Below are positions 25,401 through 34,057 of a DNA stretch of 64,000 nt, in pieces (positions within the stretch are counted from its first letter, which is position 1; every line of letters begins with the position of its first letter). Origin of the DNA: a virus (taxonomy: Duplodnaviria; Heunggongvirae; Uroviricota; Caudoviricetes). A program made the position numbers and the translations under genes. The notes beneath the pieces are model-generated. The model ran no database searches. It was not told where the DNA came from and saw only the letters and a list, made by a program, of their open reading frames with translations. Where the stretch lies: positions 1 through 64,000 of IMG/VR virus record IMGVR_UViG_3300014205_008670; one strand, written 5' to 3'.

Positions 25401-26552
25401 CAGTTTCATTCTGGAGAAATAAACGATCCTAAAGAACTAAAATTAAATCTTAAAAAAACTTTAGAAAAATACAACAAGGATGAAGTTTTTGGAAAACAAA
25501 TAAAGGGATTCATATCTGGTTTACTAAATTCAAATCAAGAAACAGAGACAATATCTAAAGATCTATTTAGATCTTTAATTATTATTGATATTGAAAATAA
25601 TTTTAAACAAAATTCAAAAATGTTTGGGAATCCATTTCTTGGTGGAGAAAGTTTAGATAAGGCTATAGATAAAGCTATTGATATTGGTGAAAAAAATCCA
25701 AAATATAAAAATCATGTTGAAGTTTTAAAAGAAATGAAAACAACCCCTTTAATAAAAACAAAACTGATAGATTATCACCTAAAAGGAACTCTTTTTTCTA
25801 CAGATATTAGAAAAGAAAGGAAAAGAGAAAACTTATATACAAAGTTAATTTCTATTTTTCCAGAAGTTGAAAATCTAATTGGCATTGCAATTCAAGAATC
25901 ATCAGAAGATTTTATATACAATCCTGAATTCATTAAGCTTACAACTGATGTTATAAACGCCAAAAAAGAAGAAAAAAATCTTTTAAATACTCCTGCTCTT
26001 TTAGAAAACGCAAAAACAACAACAAAACAAGCTTTAGACATTTTAATAGATTATATGAATAAGATTCCAGACGAGGGAGAAACTCCCATTGGTGATGTTT
26101 CATACGAACAGCTTGCTGAAGAAGAATATTATGGTAATGAAGACAGAGATTCTTCTGAAGAAGAGATAGAAGACGAGGAATCTTTATCTGAAGAAAATTA
26201 TGGGAAACAACTTTTTTATGATAAAGATACTTTTGAAAAAGATTATTATAGTTTTATTAGTAAAATATCTAAAAAATTATTAAAAGAACGTACATTTAAT
26301 CAGTATTTTAAAAATAAAAACTCTGAAGCTATAAACTTCTTTATTGAAAGTTTTGCCAGCCAAATAGATGAAGATTTTCTTTCGAAACTAAAAGAACAGG
26401 ATGGCTATTCTATAGAAAGATTAATTGACGACGTTTTAGATTCTTATGGAAATAAGAATAAAAAATCTTCTTTTAATACTTTGACAATGAAAAAGATATC
26501 CTCATCTAATAAAATCGTATTTAATTTAAAAGAAAATAGGATAAAAAAATGA
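22437..26552 (+). CDS. large hypothetical protein (1371 aa), acidic C-terminal region
   Basis: Long uninterrupted ORF, no recognisable catalytic motifs. Probably a virion/internal protein. Confidence 0.65.
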   Translation: MTFKIRKIFDKFNPLSSTIDNFIKLSVRPEEEEITMQDEQGQPQPVTDLEYLEKNYPENVNQPLVDNSDVSVSEILSQFASIFGETIVSVNKVKPLISKLINKLKVKNGITWNNLDSNTRKIFEISFNLDTKSRSFKEIELFPFDREERDLMDEIGSVVFSSINSNLENEELKKYELSVYEFGDVQGYSVAQKLLLSIFIKKLVENFYEILGENYSIYFQNVKSIREIENKVDKIQDLDLKNKLKEILNKINSKKTEMLNYIEDYGSDILGFDIEILDGLSIDFNKPGLLSRGELDRMVFSLESVLNTSAQMAGVAPSEDPYRSERFYDKGNESPAAGQEERYENEKMTQLKWTNLIENFPLNKDFSKEVDFFLSNYGLSVENILEIQLPDFDSKNPKPLSSEGLFYENWTRRKFIAFVKASKEYASSAGAKIYGGEFDIFPENVWDAMIAIGSGVNQTNSQGIGNISFKFENPYKQFPGLSKFVQSFMGKLEDVYFRFKINPTKDYSSNAERIRIKEASYLLEELNSTANRINSSISNPTEESNYTLPRDIIFIRDGSQKFFEYYDKLIGIKSNMSFGEKEKKYTEVSSPISANDLLKFNSSISSYDGGVVLSLLNKVNDSCEKIVKILGSLKHRTTRKQEKELIIRLKEASVNIKKHIKGMGNNKEDFDQLKNYVSIFKSYLQQASGPIRMMYGESDNTSKLINSIKLVAILLDREIGFGKITENSKEISERLTTIINILKEASDERLGISESAINSEDEIEFKRIQSEISRSYLDLLNISLSDEENKFSEIKEVGDKISKLSKESLPVLENMLNDFWNLDSNDNLANTCYKEIQSASEDLPEIFFAYGDYKILMAEEEAEIEKESQESESEVEKKEKKIKIKTEYSFDEDNQTITFNDIKKSKNGIERKSRSYDIGDPRLERALKTRKLIKLSPEENSGFMRAFYEDTYFDPSDIKKESDFEAKVIYNTPQNPSVLNRIIKDLQQQFHSGEINDPKELKLNLKKTLEKYNKDEVFGKQIKGFISGLLNSNQETETISKDLFRSLIIIDIENNFKQNSKMFGNPFLGGESLDKAIDKAIDIGEKNPKYKNHVEVLKEMKTTPLIKTKLIDYHLKGTLFSTDIRKERKRENLYTKLISIFPEVENLIGIAIQESSEDFIYNPEFIKLTTDVINAKKEEKNLLNTPALLENAKTTTKQALDILIDYMNKIPDEGETPIGDVSYEQLAEEEYYGNEDRDSSEEEIEDEESLSEENYGKQLFYDKDTFEKDYYSFISKISKKLLKERTFNQYFKNKNSEAINFFIESFASQIDEDFLSKLKEQDGYSIERLIDDVLDSYGNKNKKSSFNTLTMKKISSSNKIVFNLKENRIKK

Positions 26553-27043
26553 CAATAGTAAACAGAGGACCGAACACCGTAACTCCCGGGGCAATTTGTT
26601 ATAGCTGTATAAAACTTGAAACAGGAGAATGTCCTTACGAAAATAAATATGGAAATAGTACCTTAACATTTAAAGGAGATCCCGGAACAAATACATGTAA
26701 CTATTATGAACAGTATCCTGAAGATACTTGGGGTGCAATGGCTTCTGGGGAAAACGAAATGAAAAAGACAGCAAATATAATGAAAGAAGCTCAACTAAAT
26801 ATGGCTTTATATAAAAAAATTATAGCATTAAGTGACAATGATGCAAATAAACTTTTTAATTATTGGGGAAGAGTTTATCCTGAAAATTATGCAGAAGATA
26901 TGGTTGATGAAAAAAATTCAACTGAGCAAAGAGATGTTAATGATAAAAAAACTCCACAAAAGAGTAGCTTTAAAAAGGAAGAAAAAAAGTCTTATAAAGA
27001 AAGAAGACTTGAAGAAAAAACAAAAAAGAAGTTTTTCGATTAA
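26549..27043 (+). CDS. hypothetical protein, Cys-rich N-terminus, basic C-terminus
   Basis: ATGA-coupled to the upstream ORF. Confidence 0.5.
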   Translation: MTIVNRGPNTVTPGAICYSCIKLETGECPYENKYGNSTLTFKGDPGTNTCNYYEQYPEDTWGAMASGENEMKKTANIMKEAQLNMALYKKIIALSDNDANKLFNYWGRVYPENYAEDMVDEKNSTEQRDVNDKKTPQKSSFKKEEKKSYKERRLEEKTKKKFFD

Positions 27044-27048
27044 GGAGT

Positions 27049-27993
27049 TTGAAAATGTCTAAACAAGTATATATTACTTCTGGAAACATATTAGGTGATA
27101 CTAAAAAGGTTTTTGATAAGTCAGATGAATTGAAGAAAGCATTTTCAAGAGAAGATTCATTTGATAAAAATGATGATAAAACAGAAAAACAAAAAAGAGT
27201 TGATAGAAAAGCATATGAGAAATCTAAAATACAAGATCGTTCTTGGGAAGAAGTTAGAAGCTCTTCACTTAAAGTAGATAGAGTAAATGAAAAACAAATA
27301 GGAAAATCTGGAAATATTGTTGAAAATCAATTTAAAAATGAGCTTCCAGACACAAAACCTAGTTTGTTTAACTCAAACCCGTTTTTAAATATAAAAAATG
27401 AAGAATTTACTGAGCATATTATATCTTCTGGAAAAACAAAAAGAAAAGAAGAAAGAAATAGAAAAAATAGTGGTAGGGATTTTGAAATTTCAAAGGCAAC
27501 AAATACTTCAGATATTCCAGCAAACATGATGGGCTTTACTCCGCATAGAACCTCTTTAACTCAAGGTGAGCTTCCAAGACTTCCAGAGCTTCCAGAAATA
27601 AAATTACAAAAAGAAAATATTACAAGATCTATTGAGGCCGGAATGAAAGTAGCCGAAATTTATAAAGAAATAGAAACAAAAAAGCATGAAGAGTTCTTAA
27701 AAGATGCAAATGATGTAAGAAAATGGCAGGATTATGCTGCATCAAAAATAGAAAAAAATTATACTAAAAAAATGGATTCTACAGAAAAACCTTTTAATTT
27801 TGGGAACCCAAATGAATATAGAGAGTCTTCATATAAAGAAGATTTATCTCAAATATTTAAAAAAGAAGAAATGTCTAATAACGAAGTTAATATTAAGAAA
27901 GATAGAAAAGATATTGAAAATTCAACAAGAAAACATCGTAGTGATGATAGGTCTTGGGAGTCAACAGAAAACTCCAAATCTAAAAAGTTTTAA
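27049..27993 (+). CDS. hypothetical highly charged protein
   Basis: RBS GGAG. Lys/Glu-rich. Confidence 0.5.
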   Translation: MKMSKQVYITSGNILGDTKKVFDKSDELKKAFSREDSFDKNDDKTEKQKRVDRKAYEKSKIQDRSWEEVRSSSLKVDRVNEKQIGKSGNIVENQFKNELPDTKPSLFNSNPFLNIKNEEFTEHIISSGKTKRKEERNRKNSGRDFEISKATNTSDIPANMMGFTPHRTSLTQGELPRLPELPEIKLQKENITRSIEAGMKVAEIYKEIETKKHEEFLKDANDVRKWQDYAASKIEKNYTKKMDSTEKPFNFGNPNEYRESSYKEDLSQIFKKEEMSNNEVNIKKDRKDIENSTRKHRSDDRSWESTENSKSKKF

Positions 27994-28006
27994 TTGGAGT
28001 AAAAAA

Positions 28007-31000
28007 ATGCAGGATAAAATTCTTGATAAAATATTTAAACTTGCTAGAAACCAAAAAGAAGTTTTATATGATAATTTTGAACAAGTTTGCAAAATAGTTG
28101 GAATAAAACTAGCCCAAACAGTTGAACCTATTGATGAAAATATTCAAGATGATTCTTTTGAAGAAGAGAAATTAGAAGAAAATTTCTTACTAAAATCTAA
28201 AGAATATGTAGAAAAACTATCTAAAAATAAAGATTTTTTAAAAAAAATAAAATCAATTATAAATTCAGAAAATGCTATGGATGAGGCTGATAAGGCTGAT
28301 AATGAATCAAGCTTTATTAAGGCACAAAATGAATTAGATGACAACATTGACGATATTTCTGGATTTATATTTAATTTTATAAAACTAGATGATTCTTTAT
28401 TCTATGATGAGCTATTTAATTATCAAAACAAAGATTTGTTTGTTTTATCTATTATTTCTGATGCAAAATCTTTAGATCAATCTGAACTTGATACAACACA
28501 TACATTAAGACAAGTTTCATATGATGACTATATTGGAGTAATTGCCTCACAAATAGACCAAAGCGTATTGTTGTCTTTTATTGAAACTAAAAAAAAATAT
28601 GATACAAATCCAAAAATTCAAAAAGAATATATATCATCAGTAATAAATACATTTGATTATGTTAAAAAAATAAATGAAAAAATTAAAAAGCAAAATCCAC
28701 AATATGAAGAAGCATCTAAAACTATATTAGATGCAGTTGATTTTGAAAGAAAAAAAATAATTTTAGAAAATATTTCTTCAAAACTTGGCATTTTAAAACC
28801 ATTAGAAAATACCATGGAAGAAGAATATTCTCAAGAAAGAGAATTTACTCCAACGGGAGAGCCTTATAAAAACTCTTCTGGTGAATTAATTCAAATTTAT
28901 GGTAAAGTATGGCCAGTACCAATTGAGTCTGAGGTAAATGAAAACGGAGAGCTTGTTCCTGTTTTTACAAATGAAATTGATGAAAAAACTGGAATTGCAA
29001 AACAAATACCTATTCCAAAAATAGAAATAAGAGTAGTTAGTGATTTACATAATCTTTTTTTATCTAAATATAATTTCGAAGATAAAGCTAGAAAGGAAGA
29101 AGAAATTATTTTAGATGTTAGATCTATTTATCAAAAATATTTTGGACAAGAAAAATATGATTTTTACAAAAACAAAATACTTTCATTGATATATAAAGAA
29201 TACTCTGTTAAAAACCCACAAAAATTAATTGAAAATGGACTAGATCCAAGTAGAGATTTTAATTCTTACTCAAAAGATCAGTCAATGCTATTTTCATTAT
29301 CTATTTCAAAGGAAGACATAAATACAGCTATATCTAAAGATCCTGAAATAAATAGTTTTTTTGAAAACATAAATTACACAAAAAAAATTATAAAAGATCT
29401 TTCTGGATATGCAGTAAGGGTTAAAGTAGCAAGCCAAGAAAGTATTGATGAAAGTGCTTACAATTATATATTGGAATTTTGTGAAAAGTATTACGGAAAA
29501 CATTTAGAAAATTTAAACAACACAGAGTTTTATGATATTACAGAACTTATTACAATGCATGATCTTGGAACTTCTTTTGGTCCAGAAATTGATGAGGGAA
29601 TTGATCAAATAAATGAAAGAGTTGTAAAAAAACTAATGGACTCAGGGGATAGTGAGGGAAATCCACTTAGCTTTAAAGAAGCTTTAGGCATTCTATCTGG
29701 CATATTAAAAAAAGACATAATAGTTTATTTAAAAAACATAAAAGATCGTGCAGAATCATTTATCACACAACAAGAACTTTCTCATGGAATTAACTTCACT
29801 CACAGTGGGGCTTCTCAATTTTGTAAATTTTGTGGAAGATTTAGAGGGATAACAAGAGATACGAAAAAAACTGATACTGGAATGGCAAAAATAAAGGGAA
29901 TACCATATTTTATTACTCCAGAAATAGATAAGGAAATAAAACTTTCAACTACCGATTCACAAAGTATTAGTCCTGAAAATTTAGAAAAATATTTTGATAA
30001 AGTTGGAGATGAGTTTGTTCAAAAAAAATGTGATTATGACAAACAAACACAATCGGGAAGCTGTGATATTGTAGATAGCTTTATGTTCAAGGGAATTTCT
30101 AAATCTTCATCAATAAACATGCTTTATGATAGAAATATTCCAGCACAAATTGAAGGTACTGAGCTTGGAATAGAAATCGACGGAAACATAAATAAAATAC
30201 TATTAAATAATTCTGAAAATGAATTAATTCAAAGTTTTTCAAAAAGACTTTTATCTGACAATATAGAAGGAATTGAGAGATATTGGAGTGGTAAAAAAAT
30301 ATCAATACTAAAACCATTTGAAGAGCAATCAGAAAATCAAAACGAAACTGAAGAAGTTACTTTAGATAAAGAAACTATAAAAAATGCCTTTATAGAATAT
30401 TTAAATTCAACTTCTACTTCAATACAAGATGCGCTACTTTCTAGAAGATCTAAATTAATTGGAAAATCAGCAGTAAAAAATTCTATTTCAATGAAACGAT
30501 CTTCAAGGATTTTATTTCATGCATTGCAATCTTATAATTCATTACAATATAATTTTGATGAAGAAAAGTCTAAGTTTATGGCTGGAACAGATTTGATGCA
30601 GCTTTTTGCGTGCGGATCTTATTTCATTGGGAATCAAGTACTAGATGCATTAGGTATTAAAAAAGGTAAAAAATACAATATAGATTTAATAACAGATCAA
30701 GAAAAAAAACTTACAATGAGAGATCCTTCTGGAAATTTAATGAAGTCAGAAGAAAATTTAGAAAAAGATCTTTCACATGAAGAGTTTTTAGAAAATATAA
30801 AAATACCATTTGGATCTATTGATTTTCCATCTGAAGACCATGCTGCTATTAGTTTTATCTATATGAACCGAACAGGAACAGGTGGGTATTCTAGCAAGGT
30901 CTCTAATGCCTTATCATTTGCAGACAAAATTATTAAAAAAACAAAAGCATTAGATATATACAAAGAAGTTCAAGACATTCTTCTAGATGATAGAATTAGT

Positions 31001-33295
31001 TTTCAAAATAAACAAATTGCAATTGAAGAAGCTTGGGAAAAAGTAAAGGAAAATATAGGGTATAAAAATGTACAAATTCCAGAATATAAAAATAAACCTA
31101 CAAAATATATAGAAGATCCTAAAACAAAAACACTAATACTAAACCCGTATTATGAACAAATGCTTTCTAATTGGATTCGAAAACATTTTGTTGATGGTGA
31201 AGCGAAATTTACAGAAGAAGAATTAGCATTTTATTCGGCTGATTCTGAAGATATTGCAAATTCATTTATTTCAATAATGAATGAAGTGTATTCAACTTTT
31301 GATTTTGACATGCCATACAAGGGCACTTCTACTCCAACTGATACTGATATTGAGGTTTTCACAAGACAGTTAAAAAATATTCCTGCTTTGTCCAAAATAT
31401 TTACCCCTCAAGAAATTAAAAAGCTAGAAAAGAAAAGAAAAGAATTAGATAAAAAGTTTTTTGATGATCCTGATTTTATCCCAAATCCGTTAAGAGGGGA
31501 TCTTATTTTTGATAAAAAAACTAAAAAATATTTTATTGTTTTAGACTATGTTGAAAAATCAGAAAATTTCAAATTACTTCCAGTTGAAGTTTTTGTAAAT
31601 GATGATTTTGAAGAAGAATATAAAGTAAATTCTTTAGAAGATATTATTTATTATAATTTCCCAAAGATTTCAAAATTTAAAAAAGATTCCTTTTCTATTT
31701 ACCCCGGCAAGGGAATTGAAATTTTGGAAAAAAACTCATCTCCAGTATCAGTACTTTCTGCAAGATTTCAAGAAAAATATGCATATACTGGAAGTGAAAA
31801 AGATTCAGTAAAATTTGCAAGTGCAGGACTTGTAAAATGGATGGATCAAAAACAAAAAAAGGGAATTAACTTAAATAAACTTTTAGAACAAACATTTGGA
31901 GAAAACTCTAATTTCTATAAAGAATTATATAAACAAAAAAATGACTTAAACTTTTTTTCAAATTACTATTCTTTATATAAGTTTGTAGAAACATTAAAAG
32001 TATTAAAAGATTCAAATATAACTGATGAAAACCTAGGAAAAACCGCTTTAGAAAAACTACACAAAGAACTTAAAAAGGAATATTCAAAAAAAATAGGAAC
32101 AAGCAATTTAAGAACAGATAATGAAAATATTGCTCTTTTAAAACAAAGAATATATAAAGACCTAATACAAAGAAGTGTTATAGACAGTGTTCCTTTAGAA
32201 GAGTTTTTTAATAGTCTTAATATCCCTAAAGATTTCTTTGGAAATTTAGAGGACTATATAGAAACTGAAAAGGTTCTTGGTGGAGCACTACCAGATTATT
32301 TACCATTCTTTGCTCCAAAGATTACAACTGAAGACGAATATTTAAAGTCATTTAATAAAGGCTCTATAGCTTCTACCTTTTGCCCAACAGGAGAAGGTAA
32401 GGATATTGACGAAAAATATAATCTTTCAGCAATCACTGGCTATGATGTAAGCGGAGAAAAAATATCAGAACAAGAAAAACTAATAATAAGACGTAAAGCT
32501 TTTACCTCAATGACAGAAAAGATAATGAAACTATCTTTACTAGACAAGACTGTATGTTCAAAACTCTATGATTATTTAAACGAAATGTCATCTAAAGGTT
32601 GTTTTATTGTAGCTTTCACTCCTAAAATAAATCAAATACTAGGCATTCTTTCATTAAATATGTTTCAAAACCCAAAAAGATCACTAAATGCTGAAAGACC
32701 CGTAACAATAAGCCAAGCATTAGTTATGTACGTAAATGCCTATAAAGGAATATTACCAGATAGAGAAATGGGATTCCCTTTAGGGGGGTCACAGTTAGCT
32801 TTTAATGAACAAAGTGATCCCGGAACAGCAGGAGAGTTTACCAGTAATATGTCTCCAATGCAAATAGCAATAAACTCAATACCAGAATGGGGTCTAGATG
32901 GTGTTAGTTTTTCAAAAGGATTAAATTCAATAATTCAAGGTTCCAGAATCGAAGGCACTTCAAATATTCCAATTCTTGAAAAATTAAAAGAAAGAAGAAA
33001 ATCAAAAGCTAACTCAAATCAATGGTATAAAGTTGCAGAAAACAAGGAATTTGTTAGTGGAAACTTTTCTCATGTTTTAATTACAAGTAATGCAGATTTA
33101 ACAAATTGTGTAAAAAATTCACAAATGACAAAAAATGAAGATCCAATAATTCTACCTTTCGTCAAAGTAGTTCCTTATGAAAATTTCAAAACAATTGAAA
33201 GGATTATTGATTTTAAAAACAGAACAGGATATAATGCAGTCATATTAAGCGATTCAGAATATGACTTTTTAAATAAAATTGGATTAATTCCATAG
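28007..33295 (+). CDS. large hypothetical protein (1762 aa)
   Basis: The track ORF starts at 27800 and overlaps the upstream gene. The in-frame ATG at 28007 follows a GGAG RBS and the upstream stop at 27993. Confidence 0.7.
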   Translation: MQDKILDKIFKLARNQKEVLYDNFEQVCKIVGIKLAQTVEPIDENIQDDSFEEEKLEENFLLKSKEYVEKLSKNKDFLKKIKSIINSENAMDEADKADNESSFIKAQNELDDNIDDISGFIFNFIKLDDSLFYDELFNYQNKDLFVLSIISDAKSLDQSELDTTHTLRQVSYDDYIGVIASQIDQSVLLSFIETKKKYDTNPKIQKEYISSVINTFDYVKKINEKIKKQNPQYEEASKTILDAVDFERKKIILENISSKLGILKPLENTMEEEYSQEREFTPTGEPYKNSSGELIQIYGKVWPVPIESEVNENGELVPVFTNEIDEKTGIAKQIPIPKIEIRVVSDLHNLFLSKYNFEDKARKEEEIILDVRSIYQKYFGQEKYDFYKNKILSLIYKEYSVKNPQKLIENGLDPSRDFNSYSKDQSMLFSLSISKEDINTAISKDPEINSFFENINYTKKIIKDLSGYAVRVKVASQESIDESAYNYILEFCEKYYGKHLENLNNTEFYDITELITMHDLGTSFGPEIDEGIDQINERVVKKLMDSGDSEGNPLSFKEALGILSGILKKDIIVYLKNIKDRAESFITQQELSHGINFTHSGASQFCKFCGRFRGITRDTKKTDTGMAKIKGIPYFITPEIDKEIKLSTTDSQSISPENLEKYFDKVGDEFVQKKCDYDKQTQSGSCDIVDSFMFKGISKSSSINMLYDRNIPAQIEGTELGIEIDGNINKILLNNSENELIQSFSKRLLSDNIEGIERYWSGKKISILKPFEEQSENQNETEEVTLDKETIKNAFIEYLNSTSTSIQDALLSRRSKLIGKSAVKNSISMKRSSRILFHALQSYNSLQYNFDEEKSKFMAGTDLMQLFACGSYFIGNQVLDALGIKKGKKYNIDLITDQEKKLTMRDPSGNLMKSEENLEKDLSHEEFLENIKIPFGSIDFPSEDHAAISFIYMNRTGTGGYSSKVSNALSFADKIIKKTKALDIYKEVQDILLDDRISFQNKQIAIEEAWEKVKENIGYKNVQIPEYKNKPTKYIEDPKTKTLILNPYYEQMLSNWIRKHFVDGEAKFTEEELAFYSADSEDIANSFISIMNEVYSTFDFDMPYKGTSTPTDTDIEVFTRQLKNIPALSKIFTPQEIKKLEKKRKELDKKFFDDPDFIPNPLRGDLIFDKKTKKYFIVLDYVEKSENFKLLPVEVFVNDDFEEEYKVNSLEDIIYYNFPKISKFKKDSFSIYPGKGIEILEKNSSPVSVLSARFQEKYAYTGSEKDSVKFASAGLVKWMDQKQKKGINLNKLLEQTFGENSNFYKELYKQKNDLNFFSNYYSLYKFVETLKVLKDSNITDENLGKTALEKLHKELKKEYSKKIGTSNLRTDNENIALLKQRIYKDLIQRSVIDSVPLEEFFNSLNIPKDFFGNLEDYIETEKVLGGALPDYLPFFAPKITTEDEYLKSFNKGSIASTFCPTGEGKDIDEKYNLSAITGYDVSGEKISEQEKLIIRRKAFTSMTEKIMKLSLLDKTVCSKLYDYLNEMSSKGCFIVAFTPKINQILGILSLNMFQNPKRSLNAERPVTISQALVMYVNAYKGILPDREMGFPLGGSQLAFNEQSDPGTAGEFTSNMSPMQIAINSIPEWGLDGVSFSKGLNSIIQGSRIEGTSNIPILEKLKERRKSKANSNQWYKVAENKEFVSGNFSHVLITSNADLTNCVKNSQMTKNEDPIILPFVKVVPYENFKTIERIIDFKNRTGYNAVILSDSEYDFLNKIGLIP

Positions 33296-33304
33296 GATTT
33301 TAAG

Positions 33305-34057
33305 TTGATAAACTTTATTGAACATACAGAACTAAATCCAAAAAAAGAAACTGACTATTGCTCTGTTCTTCCATTGAGTGTATTGAACTTATCTCATTCT
33401 AAAAAAGATAAAATAAGAACAGGTGGAGAAAATTACAACAAACAAAGTAGCAGAGATTCCTTTTCCTGTTTCCCAGAAAATGTAAACGAACTTTGTTATG
33501 ATTTTTATCTAAAAAATTCTAAAAATATTTTTGACCCTTTTGCTGGCTGGGGAGAAAGAAGTAAAAAAGCAAAAGAAAAAAATAAAAACTATTTTGGATA
33601 TGACATATCCCCACTGGCAATTGAATATGCAGAGAAAAACTTTAATGTAAAAAACAATTTAGGAAATTCTCTAACAGATGAAATTCCACTACATGACGGA
33701 TTAATTACATGTCCACCCTATTGGAATTTAGAAAAATATGAAGGTGAAGGATTGCAAAAAAATAAAACTTGGAACGATTTCCTTACCTCATATAAAAAAA
33801 TATATTCCAGATGTTTGGAAAAATCAACCGATCAGGCCACTTACTGTATTATGGTTGGAGATTGGAGATCAAAAGGAATTTATTATAACCTAAGCTTTGA
33901 AACAGAAAAAATAATGCTAGAATTAGGAATGAAAACTTTTGATAAACTAATTGTTTCAAGAGCGAATAATACAAAAATAAAAATACTTCTACCTCAAGCA
34001 AAAAAACTAGGATATTCGGTGAAAGTTCATGAATACTTATTCATTTTCAAAAAATAA
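33305..34057 (+). CDS. DNA methyltransferase (N6-adenine/N4-cytosine type)
   Basis: Motif I FDPFAGWG and motif IV TCPPY. Apparent TTG start. Paralogous to the C-terminus of the 49900..52020 protein (PPYWNLEKY vs PPYYDLEHY). Confidence 0.7.
   Translation: MINFIEHTELNPKKETDYCSVLPLSVLNLSHSKKDKIRTGGENYNKQSSRDSFSCFPENVNELCYDFYLKNSKNIFDPFAGWGERSKKAKEKNKNYFGYDISPLAIEYAEKNFNVKNNLGNSLTDEIPLHDGLITCPPYWNLEKYEGEGLQKNKTWNDFLTSYKKIYSRCLEKSTDQATYCIMVGDWRSKGIYYNLSFETEKIMLELGMKTFDKLIVSRANNTKIKILLPQAKKLGYSVKVHEYLFIFKK

Noticed and set aside
27800-28006. Upstream extension of the 1831-aa ORF overlapping the preceding gene
   Set aside because: The in-frame ATG at 28007 has a proper RBS and follows the upstream stop. 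The extension is probably untranslated.
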